64,000 nt of DNA from Macrostomum hystrix (Eukaryota > Animalia > Platyhelminthes). Of the stretch, positions 37,891 through 50,640 are shown piece after piece; positions within the stretch are counted from its first letter, which is position 1; every line of letters starts with the position of its first letter. Where the stretch lies: contig CATNEN010000002.1 of NCBI GenBank assembly GCA_950097015.1, positions 124,001 through 188,000 of the forward strand, given 5' to 3'. A program made the position numbers and the translations under genes. The notes beneath the pieces are model-generated. The model worked only from the letters and a program-made list of their open reading frames with translations. It ran no database searches and was not told the DNA's origin.

Positions 37891-39059
37891 TAGCTTTAAA
37901 AAGCTGTAAATTCAGCTGCTAAAAAGTATATACTAGACGAATTAAAAGTATTTCTGCTCTCCGAAGGGGGGCAAAACTTGCTAGTTTACTTGCTCAAATT
38001 GATTCAAAAGTTACACCGACAGAATAAGGATATTCGCACAGAAAGCAATTATAGCGCGCTCACAGTGAAAAGCACAATTTGGTCTAACAAATTGGGTATA
38101 ACAATTTTACTTAAACTGGCCTAATCTGCGCCCTACTCTTCCCGAGAGGCTCCGGTTGTCTCTGCTTTCAGCGCTGCCCCGACAGATCCTATCGGTTGGC
38201 ACTCCTTCTGACTGACGGCGGAGTCTCCGAAGAGAGCACGTACTGACTTCGACAACAAGCGCCTATCTAGACCACCCTTGTCAGCGACGCACTCTCAAGA
38301 CGCGTAGCGCCGAAAGCTACCTAACTGAACAAGCGGAGCGTGGTCGGGCGGGGAGAGACAAAACAAAGTGGACTGGTTTGCACGTGCTTCTCACAGTGTG
38401 AGGCGAATTGCGGAGAACGATAAAAAGTCACTGCAATAAAACACGCTTCCTTTCATAGAGTCATTTTAACCCCAAATTAGGTCGATCGGCGAGGTGGATG
38501 CCTGGCTGTAGCTTGAGCCAAGGCGAAAAATCACAGTAGACTCGCGACTGCCGTTCTGAGCCCCGGGGTCGCTTCTTGCCGAGGGTCGACAGGTAGTGAG
38601 GCCGGGTCGCTCGCTGATTGGTCGGGACTGTAGCCCAGGGGTAGCGCTCGCGGGGTGGTGGGCGTCCGCTCCCCCCGGCTGGTCCGGCCCGGCTTGGCGT
38701 GGGTGACTTTTAGCTAAAAAAATTGAAAATTTTCATCAGTGAATCCAGGCTAGCCCAATTTGCAAATTGACAAATGCTAAATTTAACAGCCCATCTGCCT
38801 ACAGTCCGCCAAGTAAGTGTACTCTTCTATTCATCAATCAATCAGACACTCCTGGGTAGTAGACGGCACTGTACTCTGTACTCTCATTTGAAAACAGAAA
38901 ACAAATTGAACAAACTTTCTGAGCAAGTCAGATCCCGGAGTAGCAGTTGACTCGCGGCAACCTGCCTCCGCCAGTACAAAGAGGCAGTTGCTATAGTTAC
39001 TATGTGCGAACGGCCTTCTCTCTGCTCAAACCGACAGCCAATCCTCCACTGTCAAAATG

Positions 39060-39185
39060 CAGTAAAATTCCCGATTTTCCCATATCTCAACGTTGTTTCC
39101 AGAACTCTATGAGGAGATCTAGAAATGACAGACAGAAACACACACACACACAGACAAACAGCACCTGAAAATAACTATATTTAGA
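39060..39185 (-). mobile_element. Possible 5' end of a different Helitron-like element
   Basis: Minus strand reads A|TCTAAATATAGTTATTTT followed by a TGTC/TG microsatellite, the layout of Helitron 5' ends; no matching 3' end identified. Confidence 0.3.
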
Positions 39186-39204
39186 TAGAATTACTAGAAG
39201 GATC

Positions 39205-40995
39205 AATGAGACCCGGGAGAGTTAAGACACGGGAGAGATGAGACACGGGAGAGATGAGACACGGGAGAGATGAGACCCGGGAGAGATGAGACACGGGAGA
39301 GATGAGACACGGGAGAGATTAGGCACGGGAGAGATGAGGCACGGGAGAGATGAGACACGGGTGAGATGAGATACGGGAGAGATGAGACATAGGAGAGATG
39401 AGGCACGGGAGAGATGAGACACGGGAGAAATGAGACACGGGAGAGATGAGACACGGGTGAGATGAGATACGGGAGAGATGAGACATAGGAGAGATGAGGC
39501 ACGGGAGAGATGAGACACGGGAGAGATGAGACACGGGAGAGATGAAATACGGGTGAGATGAGATACGGGAGAGATGAGACATAGGAGAGATGAGACACGG
39601 GAGAGATGAGACACGGGAGAGATGAGACACGGGAGAGATGAGATACGGGAGAGATGAGATACGGGTGAGATGAGATACGGGAGAGATGAGACACGGGAGA
39701 GATGAGACACGGGAGAGATGAGACACGGGAGAGATGAAATACGGGTGAGATGAGACACGGGAGAGATGAGGCACGGGAGAGATGAGACACGGGAGTGATG
39801 AAATACGGGTGAGATGAGATACGGGAGAGATGAGACATAGGAGAGATGAGGCACGGGAGAGATGAGACACGGGAGAGATGAGACACGGGAGAGATGAAAT
39901 ACGGGTGAGATGAGATACGGGAGAGATGAGACATAGGAGAGATGAGGCACGGGAGAGATGAGGCACGGGAGAGATGAGACACGGGAGAGATGAGATACGG
40001 GAAAGATGAGTCATAGGAGAGACGAGATACGGGAGAGATGAGACACGGGAGAGATGAGATACGGGAAAGATGAGTCATAGGAGAGACGAGATACGGGAGA
40101 GATGAGACAGGGGAGAGATGAGGCACGGGAGAGATGAGGCACGGGAGAAATGAGACACGGGAGAGTTAAGACACGGGAGAGATGAAATACGGGTGAGATG
40201 AGATACGGGAGAGATGAGGCACGGGAGAGATGAGACACGGGAGAGATGAAATACGGGTGAGATGAGATACGGGAGAGATGAGACATAGGAGAGATGAGGC
40301 ACGGGAGAGATGAGACACGGGAGAGATGAGACACGGGAGAGATGAGACACGGGAGAGATGAGATACGGGAGAGATGAGATACGGGTGAGATGAGATACGG
40401 GAGAGATGAGACACAGGAGAGATGAGACACGGGAGAGATGAGACACGGGAGAGATGAGACACGGGAGAGATGAGGCACGGGAGAGATGAGACACGGGAGA
40501 GATGAGACACAGGAGAGATGACACACGGGAGAGATGAGACACGGGAGAGATGAGACACGGGAGAGATGAGACACGGGAGAGATGAGACACGGGAGAGATG
40601 AGACACGGGAGAGATGAGACACGGGAGAGATGAGACACGGGTGAGATGAGATACGGGAGAGATGAGACATAGGAGAGATGAGGCACGGGAGAGATGAGAC
40701 ACGGGAGAGATGAGACACGGGAGAGATGAAATGCGGGTGAGATGAGATACGGGAGAGATGAGACATAGGAGAGATGAGACACGGGAGAGATGAGACACGG
40801 GAGAGATGAGACACGGGAGAGATGAAATACGGGTGAGATGAGATACGGGAGAGATGAGACATAGGAGAGATGAGGCACGGGAGAGATGAGACACGGGAGA
40901 GATGAGACACGGGAGAGATGAGACAGGGGAGAGATGAGACACGGGTTTTGATGAGATACGGGTGAGATGATATACGGGAGAGATGAGACATAGAT
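39205..40995. repeat. 16-bp minisatellite (GAGATGAGACACGGGA), ~110 copies
   Basis: Direct periodicity; the 16-aa repeat ORFs equal 3 x 16 bp. Confidence 0.96.
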
Positions 40996-41837
40996 TAGAT
41001 GAGGCATTTAAAAGTGACGAAAAAAGTTAAGGGGCATTGGATATTTAGTCCATTCGAGCGATATTAGGCCATGAAGCTGTAAGTTCTACTCACAAGTAGT
41101 AAGATATCGTATTTAAGCTTGGCTTCAATTCAGTTTTTCTAGTTTTAATTTTTTAGTTTTGTTGCATTTCTATGAGCAAGCTCAAGCTTATAGCATTAAA
41201 AAAGTGAAAATGTCCTTTGTAATAAATTTTAGCAATATTTCCATGCAGAAACTTATCGTTAAATGTGAAATTCAGCGTGATGGCTTTCTGAATCTTGTGG
41301 TAATGAGTGTTCAGTGACCACAAATAGTCCTTTGAGTGCTACTCAGAGCTACACAAGCCGACTAGTCAACCCGAAAGCGACCAGCCAACCGAAAATCAAT
41401 GCAGCTGCAATCGATACTTCTGAAAATTTGAATTCTTCTGTTAAAATATTAGGCTTTTTTCAGTGACAGTCGAATGTTGCACATCTTTCCACAACTAGTC
41501 AGTGATATGCTTGTCTGTGAGTTTTAAGCTGTGGCTTACTGTGGTCCAACATTGAAGAGAACCATTTCCTTAACAACGGACCTCCTTATTAGGCAGGAAG
41601 CCATTAATAAAATATTTATCACCGGCCAGTTAGTATTTGTCCTAAAACTGTAAGGCCACTCACATGGCTCGCACTTTTATTAATTTTTTACAGAGGTTTA
41701 GTCACTTTCTGAGCAGACAATAAGTGGAGTGGAGTACTTCTCTGAGTGCTTCGTTCGGCTTTGCATTTTAAACTACTTCAACTTAGACTCAACTGACGAG
41801 TTCCCACGGACTGATGGGAAAGATCAGGAATGAGAGT

Positions 41838-42800
41838 TGCAATCCATCAGACTGGGTGAGTTTCAATCCATCAGACTGGGTGAGTTTCAATCCATCAGAC
41901 TGGGTGAGTTTCAATCCATCAGACTGGGTGAGTTTCAATCCATTAGACTCGGTGAGTTTCAATCCATCAGACTGGGTGAGTTATAATCCATCAGACTGGG
42001 TGAGTTTCAATCCATCAGACTGGGTGAGTTTCAATCCGTTAGACTGGGTGAGTTTCAATCCATCAGACTGGGTGAGTTATAATCCATCAGACTGGGTGAG
42101 TTATAATCCAATAGACTGGGTGAGTTTCAATCCATCAGACTGGGTGAGTTTCAATCCATCAGACTGGGTGAGTTATAATCCATCAGACTGGGTGAGTTAT
42201 AATCCATCAGACTGGGTGAGTTATAATCCATCAGACTGGGTGAGTTATAATCCATCAGACTGGGTGAGTTTCAATCCATCAGACTGGGTGAGTTTCAATC
42301 CATTAGACTGGGTGAGTTTCAATCCATCAGACTGGGTGAGTTATAATCCATCAGACTGGGTGAGTTATAATCCAATAGACTGGGTGAGTTTCAATCCATC
42401 AGACTGGGTGAGTTTCAATCCATCAGACTGGGTGAGTTTCAATCCATCAGACTGGGTGAGTTTCAATCCATCAGACTGGGTGAGTTTCAATCCATCAGAC
42501 TGGGTGAGTTTCAATCCATCAGACTGGGTGGGTTTCAATCCATCAGACTGGGTGAGGTTCAATCCATTAGACTGGGTGAGTTTCAATCCATCAGACTGGG
42601 TGAGTTATAATCCAATAGACTGGGTGAGTTTCAATCCATCAGACTGGGTGAGTTATAATCCAATAGACTGGGTGAGTTTCAATCCATCAGACTGGGTGAG
42701 TTTCAATCCATCAGACTGGGTGAGTTTCAATCCATCAGACTGGGTGAGTTTCAATCCATCAGACTGGGTGAGTTTCAATCCATCAGACTGGGTGAGTTTC
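41838..42800. repeat. 24-bp minisatellite (AATCCATCAGACTGGGTGAGTTTC), ~40 copies
   Basis: Direct periodicity (FNPSDWVS pseudo-ORF). Confidence 0.95.
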
Positions 42801-43499
42801 ATTATTCATAATTTCCCCTGCAGAATGATGGATTCACATTGCGGGGCAGGTGTTGTTAGCAAATACTTTGTCTTCCTTACATTGCCAATGTCAAATCTTT
42901 CTTTGACGCGATTCAGTACCTTAGTTTCCAAGCTTTGAGAACACTCAAGACATGCCTATTGTTCTCAACGCATCCCTATAAATGGCATTTTTATTCGTGT
43001 TGCAACTAGAGAATATTTCTTTTCCCATTGTGGCGAATGGTTGGGAGTGAAGCTCACGGGAGACAAAATTGTCCTATTGACAAGCAAATGCAGTTTTTTC
43101 AGACCCGACTAAAAGCAGTTTTTGTCTCTTCTGTCCGTGCACTGTTGGCTTTTTGCAGGATTTTCCTAGATTCCGTTACTTTCGTCGAAACGTCTTCATC
43201 TTCTGTTCATTTTTGGCTGAGTAAGAAAAAAAATATAACTGCCGACGATAGACAATAGCCTGTTTTTGTTTAACTGAGTATTTTAAGATTAAAAAAAATA
43301 CCTTTTGGAGCTTATTCTAGGGCTTAATTTGATTTTTAATTGTCTAGCTTAAGCTTATATTTACCTTGCTTTTGTGTTTTGGTTGTGCCATGACATTTAT
43401 ACATTTATACGCTGCAATGAATCAGAAATAGACTCAAACCATTCGTGATTGGGCGCAAAAGTCGAGATTGTAGTTCATTGTGAAACTATAGTTTGAGAT

Positions 43500-44085
43500 T
43501 AAGTGAGATTTTGTGAGCTTGAATGAGAGGTTGAGATTGATTAAGTTTTTGTGAGACTGAATGAGAGTTAGGTTGAGATTGGGTGAGATTTTGTGAGACT
43601 GAATGAAAGTTAGGTTGAGATTTAGTGAGATTTTGTGAGACTGAATGAGAGTCAGTTTGAGATTGGGTGAGATTTTGTGAGACTGAATGAGATTTAGGTT
43701 GAGATTGATCGGGAGATTTTGTGAGACTGAATGAGAGTTTGTTTGAGATTGAGTGAGATTTTGTGAGACTGAATGAGATTTAGGTTGAGATTGAGTGAGA
43801 GTTTGTGAGACTGAATGAGAGTTAGGTTGAGATTGGGTGAGATTTTGTGAGACTGAATGAAAGTTAGGTTGAGATTTAGTGAGATTTTGTGAGACTGAAT
43901 GAGAGTCAGTTTGAGATTGGGTGAGATTTTGTGAGACTGAATGAAAGTTAGGTTGAGATTTAGTGAGATTTTGTGAGACTGAATTAGAGTCAGTTTGAGA
44001 TTGGGTGAGATTTTGTGAGACTGAATTAGAGTCAGTTTGAGATTGGGTGAGATTTTGTGAGACTGAATCAGAGTTAGTGTGTGAT
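43500..44085. repeat. ~42-bp minisatellite (GAGATTTTGTGAGACTGAATGAGAGTTAGGTTGAGATTGGGT), ~14 copies
   Basis: Direct periodicity with internal TGAGA sub-repeats. Confidence 0.9.
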
Positions 44086-44841
44086 TAAGTGATTATAGAA
44101 TTATTAGAATGATTGGCAGATAAAAACATTGACATAAACATCTAGCATTAACTATGAGTTACTAAGAATAGATATACTCAAGCAAAAAACACAATCAGCT
44201 TCAGATTTTCGAGTTTTCCTACAGACTGACATAGAGGCAAGGCAGGTACTCAAGAATACTGTAATTTAGATTTAAGATCTTCAGGACTCGGAAGGAATAA
44301 ATCGTGAATAATGACTTTCAAAGAATCCGAAATGACGTGGATAATTTTCCGTATTCTAACTCAAGCGATGCCTCACACACACTGAAGCCTCATTATTTTT
44401 GCTCAGGCTTTCGATACTTTTTTTTGCTCGAAATGAGGATCTGAGTTGTCAAGCAGTATAGATTTTTGCTTTACTTTTCCCACAAAGAAAGGGTCTCATC
44501 ATTAGGCTGCAGACGGGCAAGCTGGATTTTGACTTTGACAACAAGAATTGGCGCATAGAAAGACACTTATTGCATATAGAGAAGCATCAACTTCAGAGTT
44601 GATGTCGCGCAGACTAAATAAGTGCAAGGTGCGTGTGAGCTGGCAGACACAGCTGTCAGTTCAGACAATTAGTAAGCGGAACGGTAGGAGACAGGTAAAA
44701 ATACTGGATTGTTTCATCGATTGTCTTCAAATCAAGTGGCTTCAGCTCTTAGTTGCTCATTCTTCTGCTTCTAGGAGGCAACCAAGGGGCTGGCATCAGA
44801 AAGAGGTGAAAGTTTCTGCTTAGTGGCTAAAACCAGGTCTC

Positions 44842-44910
44842 ATTGGTTAGGACGAGGCTGATTGGACGCTGACGAAAGCGGATTGGATAAGCCAGCTGAA
44901 GGCTATATAT
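44842..44910 (+). promoter_or_regulatory. Putative Pol II promoter of the prohormone gene
   Basis: Three inverted CCAAT boxes (ATTGG at 44842, 44861, 44882), a TGACG CRE half-site near 44870, and TATATAT at 44904-44910, 74 nt before GCCATG at 44984. Confidence 0.6.
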
Positions 44911-44983
44911 CAGATTGCATCAGGTGGTGCCTCTGGTCGCTTCACCAAACACTGAATTATTAGTAGATCAACAGACTGTCGCC

Positions 44984-47900
44984 ATGCCCATGGAGCTAGC
45001 TTCTGGCCAGTCGCCGTTGATGCTGCTGACGCTGCTGATGTCCCTGATGCTATCGGCGTCGGTCAACTCGAGTGTCAGGGCTGCCCCGGCAATGACTGCT
45101 GACGTTGAGCACGAATTGGATGAAGATGGTGAGAATTTTGGGCTTATCCCGAGTGCCTTTCGTCCGAAGAACGAGTTCCAAAAATCATGGAAAACAATCA
45201 AGTTGTCACACATTGTGTCTGCTACAGCAATAAAGTACTTCTATTCTATGGCCAAACTCCTTCATTCGAACAGATTTTGCCAAAAAAAACTATTTCCGGC
45301 TTGGCGCGAACAGATGGCAGCTTCACCTGTCATTGACTTCTTCCTATATTGACTTTTCTCTCTTTTAAATAGTTTTTTTCTAAGCCTAGATAGGGATCTG
45401 CGAAGGTTGGTTGAGACCTGACCATCTGGCTAGCTGATGGTCACTGAACTGACACTGGAATACAGAGTATGAAGCGGCTAGCAGAACTAATTTACTCAAT
45501 CCTTCACCTGTCTAAAAGGTGAAGAGGCTTGTGAGGCCTAAGTGGCTGCATCTGCGATCCCGGCCGTGCCTCTAGGGGAAGATACTTTTCTCAGGTGAAG
45601 CTCCTTCTGTGATTGATGTAATTATTCTCTAGTGACTGGGGAGCATTTGACACTGAATCATTCCGATCCGTGCTATCCTGCGCATATGAGTTACTGGAGA
45701 GCAGCCTGAGTAATTAGCACCTCGATTTTTTGCACTTTAATTTAAACTTTTGTAGCTAAAATTATTTTACGACACGAAGAAGTGGCATGTCTACATGTCA
45801 ATCTGTCTTCATGTCAACCTGTCTTCAAGTCAATCTGTCTTCATGTCAATCTGTCTTCATGTCAACCTGTCTTCAAGTCAATCTGTCTTCATGTCAATCT
45901 GTCTTCATGTCAACCTGTCTTCAAGTCAATCTGTCTTCAAGTCAATCTGTCTTCATGTCAATCTGTCTTCATGTCAACCTGTCTTCATGTCAATCTGTCT
46001 TCAAGTCAATCTGTCTTCATGTCAATCTGTCTTCATGTCAACCTGTCTTCAAGTCAATCTGTCTTCAAGTCAATCTGTCTTCATGTCAATCTGTCTTCAT
46101 GTCAATCTGTCTTCATGTCAACCTGTCTTCAAGTCAATCTGTCTTCATGTCAATCTGTCTTCATGTCAACCTGTCTTCAAGTCAATCTGTCTTCAAGTCA
46201 ATCTGTCTTCATGTCAATCTGTCTTCATGTCAACCTGTCTTCAAGTCAATCTGTCTTCAAGTCAATCTGTCTTCATGTCAATCTGTCTTCAAGTCAACCT
46301 GTCTTCAAGTCAATCTGTCTTCATGTCAATCTGTCAACCTGTCAAATCTGTCTACCTGTCAAATCTGTCTTCATGTCAATCTGTGCTCATGTCAATCTGT
46401 GCTCATGTCAATCTGTGCTCATGTCAATCTGTGCTCATGTCAATCTGTGCTCATGTCAATCTGTGCTCATGTCAATCTGTGCTCATGTCAATCTGTGCTC
46501 ATGTCAATCTGTGCTCATGTCAATCTGTGCTCATGTCAATTTGTGCTCATGTCAATCTGTGCTCATGTCAATCTGTGCTCATGTCAATCTGTGCTCATGT
46601 CAATCTGTGCTCATGTCAATCTGTGCTCATGTCAATCTGTGCTCATGTCAATCTGTGCTCATGTCAATCTGTGCTCATGTCAATTTGTGCTCATGTCAAT
46701 CTGTGCTCATGTCAATCTGTGCTCATGTCAATCTGTGCTCATGTCAATCTGTGCTCATGTCAATCTGTGCTCATGTCAATCTGTGCTCATGTCAATCTGT
46801 GCTCATGTCAATCTGTGCTCATGTCAATCTGTGCTCATGTCAATTCCAAAGCTTCGATACAGATCGATCCCATCCGACAGAAAATGTGTCAAACTCTTTC
46901 GGCTGAAAAAAGAATTTCTCTAAAAAACTGCCAATGATTCAGTGTCAGTTTGATGTTCGATTTCAGATCCGCTGAACGAGGCACTCCTGGAATCGGAGCC
47001 AGAACCTGCCGATGACAAACGCAGCCTCGGTGTGAAATCAATAATACCTTTTTCGTGTTCCCTTTTGATGTGGCAAAATCAAAAGACTCTTTGTTATTGC
47101 GCATTGCCAAACTGGTTGAATAAGAAAGCAAAGCCAACAAACTGATTTAGAACCGTCTTTTTAAGATACCTAATACAGCACCTACTACAGCCACCATTCA
47201 ATTTACAACTGCCTGCTGCAAACACCGAGAAGTACTGTAGATTACAATACTTCAGATATACAATTCATAAGTTTAGAAGAGACACACACAAGTCTCCTAC
47301 AGACAGTCATAAGTTTCCTACAGACAGTCATAAGTCTCCTACAGACACACAAAAGTCTCCTACAGACACACAAAAGTCTCCTACAGACACACAAAAGTCT
47401 CATACAGACACACAAAAGTCTCCTACAGACACACAAAAGTCTCCTACAGACACACAAAAGTCTCCTACAGACACACACAAGTCTCCTACAGACACACAAA
47501 AGTCTCCTACAGACACACAAAAGTCTCATACAGACACACACAAGTCTCCTACAGACAGTCATAAGTCTCCTACAGACACACACAAGTCTCCTACAGACAG
47601 TCATAAGTCTCCTACAGACACACAAAAGTCTCCTACAGACACACATAAGTCTCCTACAGTCAGTCATAAGTCTCCTACAGTCAGTCATAAGTCTCCTACA
47701 GACAGTCATAATTCTCCTACAGACACACAAAAGTCTCCTACAGACACACATAAGTCTCCTACAGTCAGTCATAAGTCCCCTACAGACAGTCATAAGTCTC
47801 CTACAGACACACAAAAGTCTCCTACAGACAGTCATAATTCTCCTACAGACACACAAAAGTCTCCTACAGACACACATAAGTCTCCTACAGTCAGTCATAA

Positions 47901-48744
47901 GTCTCCTACAGTCAGTCATAAGTCTCCTACAGACAGTCATAAGTCTCCTACAGACACACAAAAGTCTCCTACAGACACACAAAAGTCTCCTACAGACACA
48001 CACAAGTCTCCTACAGACAGTCATAAGTCCCCTACAGACAGTCATAAGTCTCCTACAGACAGTCATAAGTCTCCTACAGACAGTCATAAGTCTCCTACAG
48101 ACAGTCATAAGTCTCCTACAGACAGTCATAAGTCTCCTACAGACAGTCATAAGTCTCCTACAGTCAGTCATAAGTCTCCTACAGACAGTCATAAGTCTCC
48201 TACAGACACACAAAAGTCTCCTACAGACACACAAAAGTCTCCTACAGACACACACAAGTCTCCTACAGACAGTCATAAGTCCCCTACAGACAGTCATAAG
48301 TCTCCTACAGACAGTCATAAGTCTCCTACAGACAGTCATAAGTCTCCTACAGACAGTCATAAGTCTCCTACAGACAGTCATAAGTCTCCTACAGACAGTC
48401 ATAAGTCTCCTACAGACAGTCATAAGTCTCCTACAGACAGTCATAAGTCTCCTACAGACAGTCATAAGTCTCCTACAGACAGACGTAAGTCTCCTACAGA
48501 CAGACGTAAGTCTCCTACAGACAGACGTAATTCTCTTACAGACAAATCGTAAACCAATATCGTAAACATTATCGCCCACCGGGCACAATAAACAAGGATG
48601 CTCTCTCCCTATGCACTTTTCGTTTGCTTTTCAGAGGCTGTTTACCAGTTCGGTGGCCAGTTGTCGGAGAACGCGATTCCGTTTCGTCGACCCCCGCAGC
48701 CGCCGCCTCCACCGGGACCGCGATTGATTGGTCGGCGCCGTTAA
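44984..48744 (+). CDS. Secreted neuropeptide-type prohormone, 3 exons, 105 aa
   Basis: Exons 44984-45128, 46967-47029, 48635-48744 (318 nt, both introns phase 1, GT-AG). Protein: hydrophobic signal (LMLLTLLMSLMLSAS...VRA|AP), acidic spacer, KR, SLEAVYQFGGQLSENAIPFRRPPQPPPPPGPRLI, G-RRR-stop. Confidence 0.72.
45785..46845. repeat. 16-bp minisatellite, two domains (GTCAATCTGTCTTCAT then GTCAATCTGTGCTCAT), ~66 copies
   Basis: Direct periodicity; lies in prohormone intron 1. Confidence 0.95.
47275..48545. repeat. 21-bp minisatellite (AGTCTCCTACAGACAGTCATA), ~60 copies
   Basis: Direct periodicity; lies in prohormone intron 2. Confidence 0.95.
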
Positions 48745-49189
48745 AACTAAACTTCATAGCAACCAGAAACTTGGCCATAGAAACCGGGTGGTTGTCATTG
48801 GATACGCGGCGAAAAAAATTATTGATGTGACATAAAACGATTGAGTCTGTTTAAAATACGCTTTAGTTTGTGAGCAGGTTAAACTTGAAGCAAAAAACAA
48901 AACGACCGGCAAACTCATATTGAAACTGATGCTAGTATCTGAAATTGAAACTACCCGAATGCTAATAAATATTATGGATCACAATGAATACGCAACTGCT
49001 TCTTCTAGAATATGATTTAACTTGACATTTAATAATGGGATTCATTGACTCCTGATCGACTACATACTACTGATACTGCAGTAGTATGTAGCAGTTTGGT
49101 GTGTGTTTTTGCGTAAAAATAGCTGTGACTCGAGTACGTGCACATCAGACTCTGACACCAAAATCTCCAGAGATCATACGGGTTGCTGG

Positions 49190-49560
49190 CTGACAGTGGG
49201 GTTGTAGTCTGACAGTGGGGTTGTAGTCTGACAGTGGGGTTGTAGTCTGATAGTGGGGTTGTAGTCTGATAGTGGGGTTGTAGGCTGACAGTGGGGTTGT
49301 AGTCTGACAGTGGGGTTGTAGTCTGACAGTGGGGTTGTAGTCTGATAGTGGGGTTGTAGTCTGATAGTGGGGTTGTAGGCTGACAGTGGGGTTGTAGTCT
49401 GACAGTGGGGTTGTAGTCTGACAGTGGGGTTGTAGTCTGATAGTGGGGTTGTAGTCTGACAGTGGGGTTGTAGTCTGATAGTGGGGTTGTAGTCTGATAG
49501 TGGGGTTGTAGTCTGATAGTGGGGTTGTAGTCTGACAGTGGGGTTGTAGTCTGACAGTGG
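49190..49560. repeat. 19-bp minisatellite (TGACAGTGGGGTTGTAGTC), ~19 copies
   Basis: Direct periodicity; same unit as 52505-53275. Confidence 0.94.
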
Positions 49561-49644
49561 GATTGCAGGCTGATTGTACAGGTTGACAGGCTGATCAGCC
49601 TTAGAATGACACTATCTAGGAACATCTCCTGCTACGATTGTAGC

Positions 49645-50027
49645 TGTCAGTGTCAGTCAGTGTCAGTCAGTGTCAGTCAGTCAGTTTCAGTCAATCAGTT
49701 TCAGTTATTCAGTCAGTGTCAGTCAGTGTCAGTCAGTGTCAGTCAGTGTCAGTAAATGTCAGTCAGTGTCAGTCAGTGTCAAGTCAGTGTCAGTCAGTGT
49801 CAAGTCAGTGTCAGTCAGTGTCAGTCAGTGTCAGTAAATGTCAGTCAGTGTCAGTCAGTGTCAGTCAGTGTCAGTCAGTGTCAGTCAGTGTCAGTCAGTG
49901 TCAGTCAGTGTCAGTCAGTGTCAGTCAGTGTCAGTCAATGTCAGTCAGTGTCTGTCAGTGTCAATCAGTGTGTGTCAGTCAGTGTCAGTCAGTGTCAGTC
50001 AGTGTCAGTCAGTGTCAGTCAGTGTCA
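49645..50027. repeat. 10-bp repeat (TCAGTCAGTG), ~38 copies
   Basis: Direct periodicity. Confidence 0.94.
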
Positions 50028-50449
50028 GAGCACATTGTGCTAGAAATTTAAAATGCATCTATTGACTGTAGCTTAAATTGTGAATGGTGTCACATTATAA
50101 ATTCAAGAATTTCCCAGTGCAACTCAACTCACTCAACCCGCGCTTGAGAACACAAAGAGAGAGACGGAATAGAGACGGTGAGAAGTTGTAGAAGAGCTAA
50201 GAGAAATTCTTTGCAATGAGTCCTCTTTTTTAAGGACCACTCATTGTCATTTCCAACTATGCGTCGGAGAAGCACTATGAAAATGCACAATGAGTGCACA
50301 ATCAGAATTGAGTACAGAAGAATAGCTTAGAGGAGCGGGAGTTGTGGCAGCTGGCTCTAATGACTCACGGCCAAGCTGAAAGTCCCACAAAATTGATTAT
50401 AGCAGCACTTCTGACAGTCTAAGCCCTGAGCACTCACAGAGCTCTCCGC

Positions 50450-50640
50450 TTGAGCATTCCTGACAGCGTGAGCACTCCTGACAGCTTGAGCATTCCTGAA
50501 AGCTTGAGCACTCCTGACAGCTTGAGCACTCCTGACAGCTTGAGCACTCCTGACAGCTTGAGCACTCCTGACAGCTTGAGCACTCCTGACAGCTTGAGCA
50601 CTCCTGTCAGCTTGAGCATTCCTGCCAGCTTGAGCAATCC
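50450..50640. repeat. 18-bp minisatellite (CTCCTGACAGCTTGAGCA), ~10 copies
   Basis: Direct periodicity. Confidence 0.92.

Larger units (their letters stand above)
32375..37984 (+). mobile_element. Non-autonomous 5.6-kb Helitron derivative filled with two satellites
   Basis: Diverged family-type 5' end (TCTAATATAC...TATACTAAAAATG...CTCCCGAACAGCTCAACCGATTTT); 3' GCTCTCC-GAA-GGGGGGC hairpin (37956-37972), 8-nt spacer, CTAG|T, like the autonomous element's end. Confidence 0.75.

Noticed and set aside
38100-38720. GC-rich unique sequence after the Helitron cluster (possible LTR/LINE remnant or exon)
   Set aside because: No LTR pair, PBS, protein motif or splice-consistent frame identified by eye.
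44915-45352. Single-exon 145-aa reading of the signal-peptide ORF
   Set aside because: The ORF start overlaps the promoter region, a strong G|GTGAGA donor lies at 45128/9, and the read-through tail looks non-coding; the spliced model gives a coherent prohormone.
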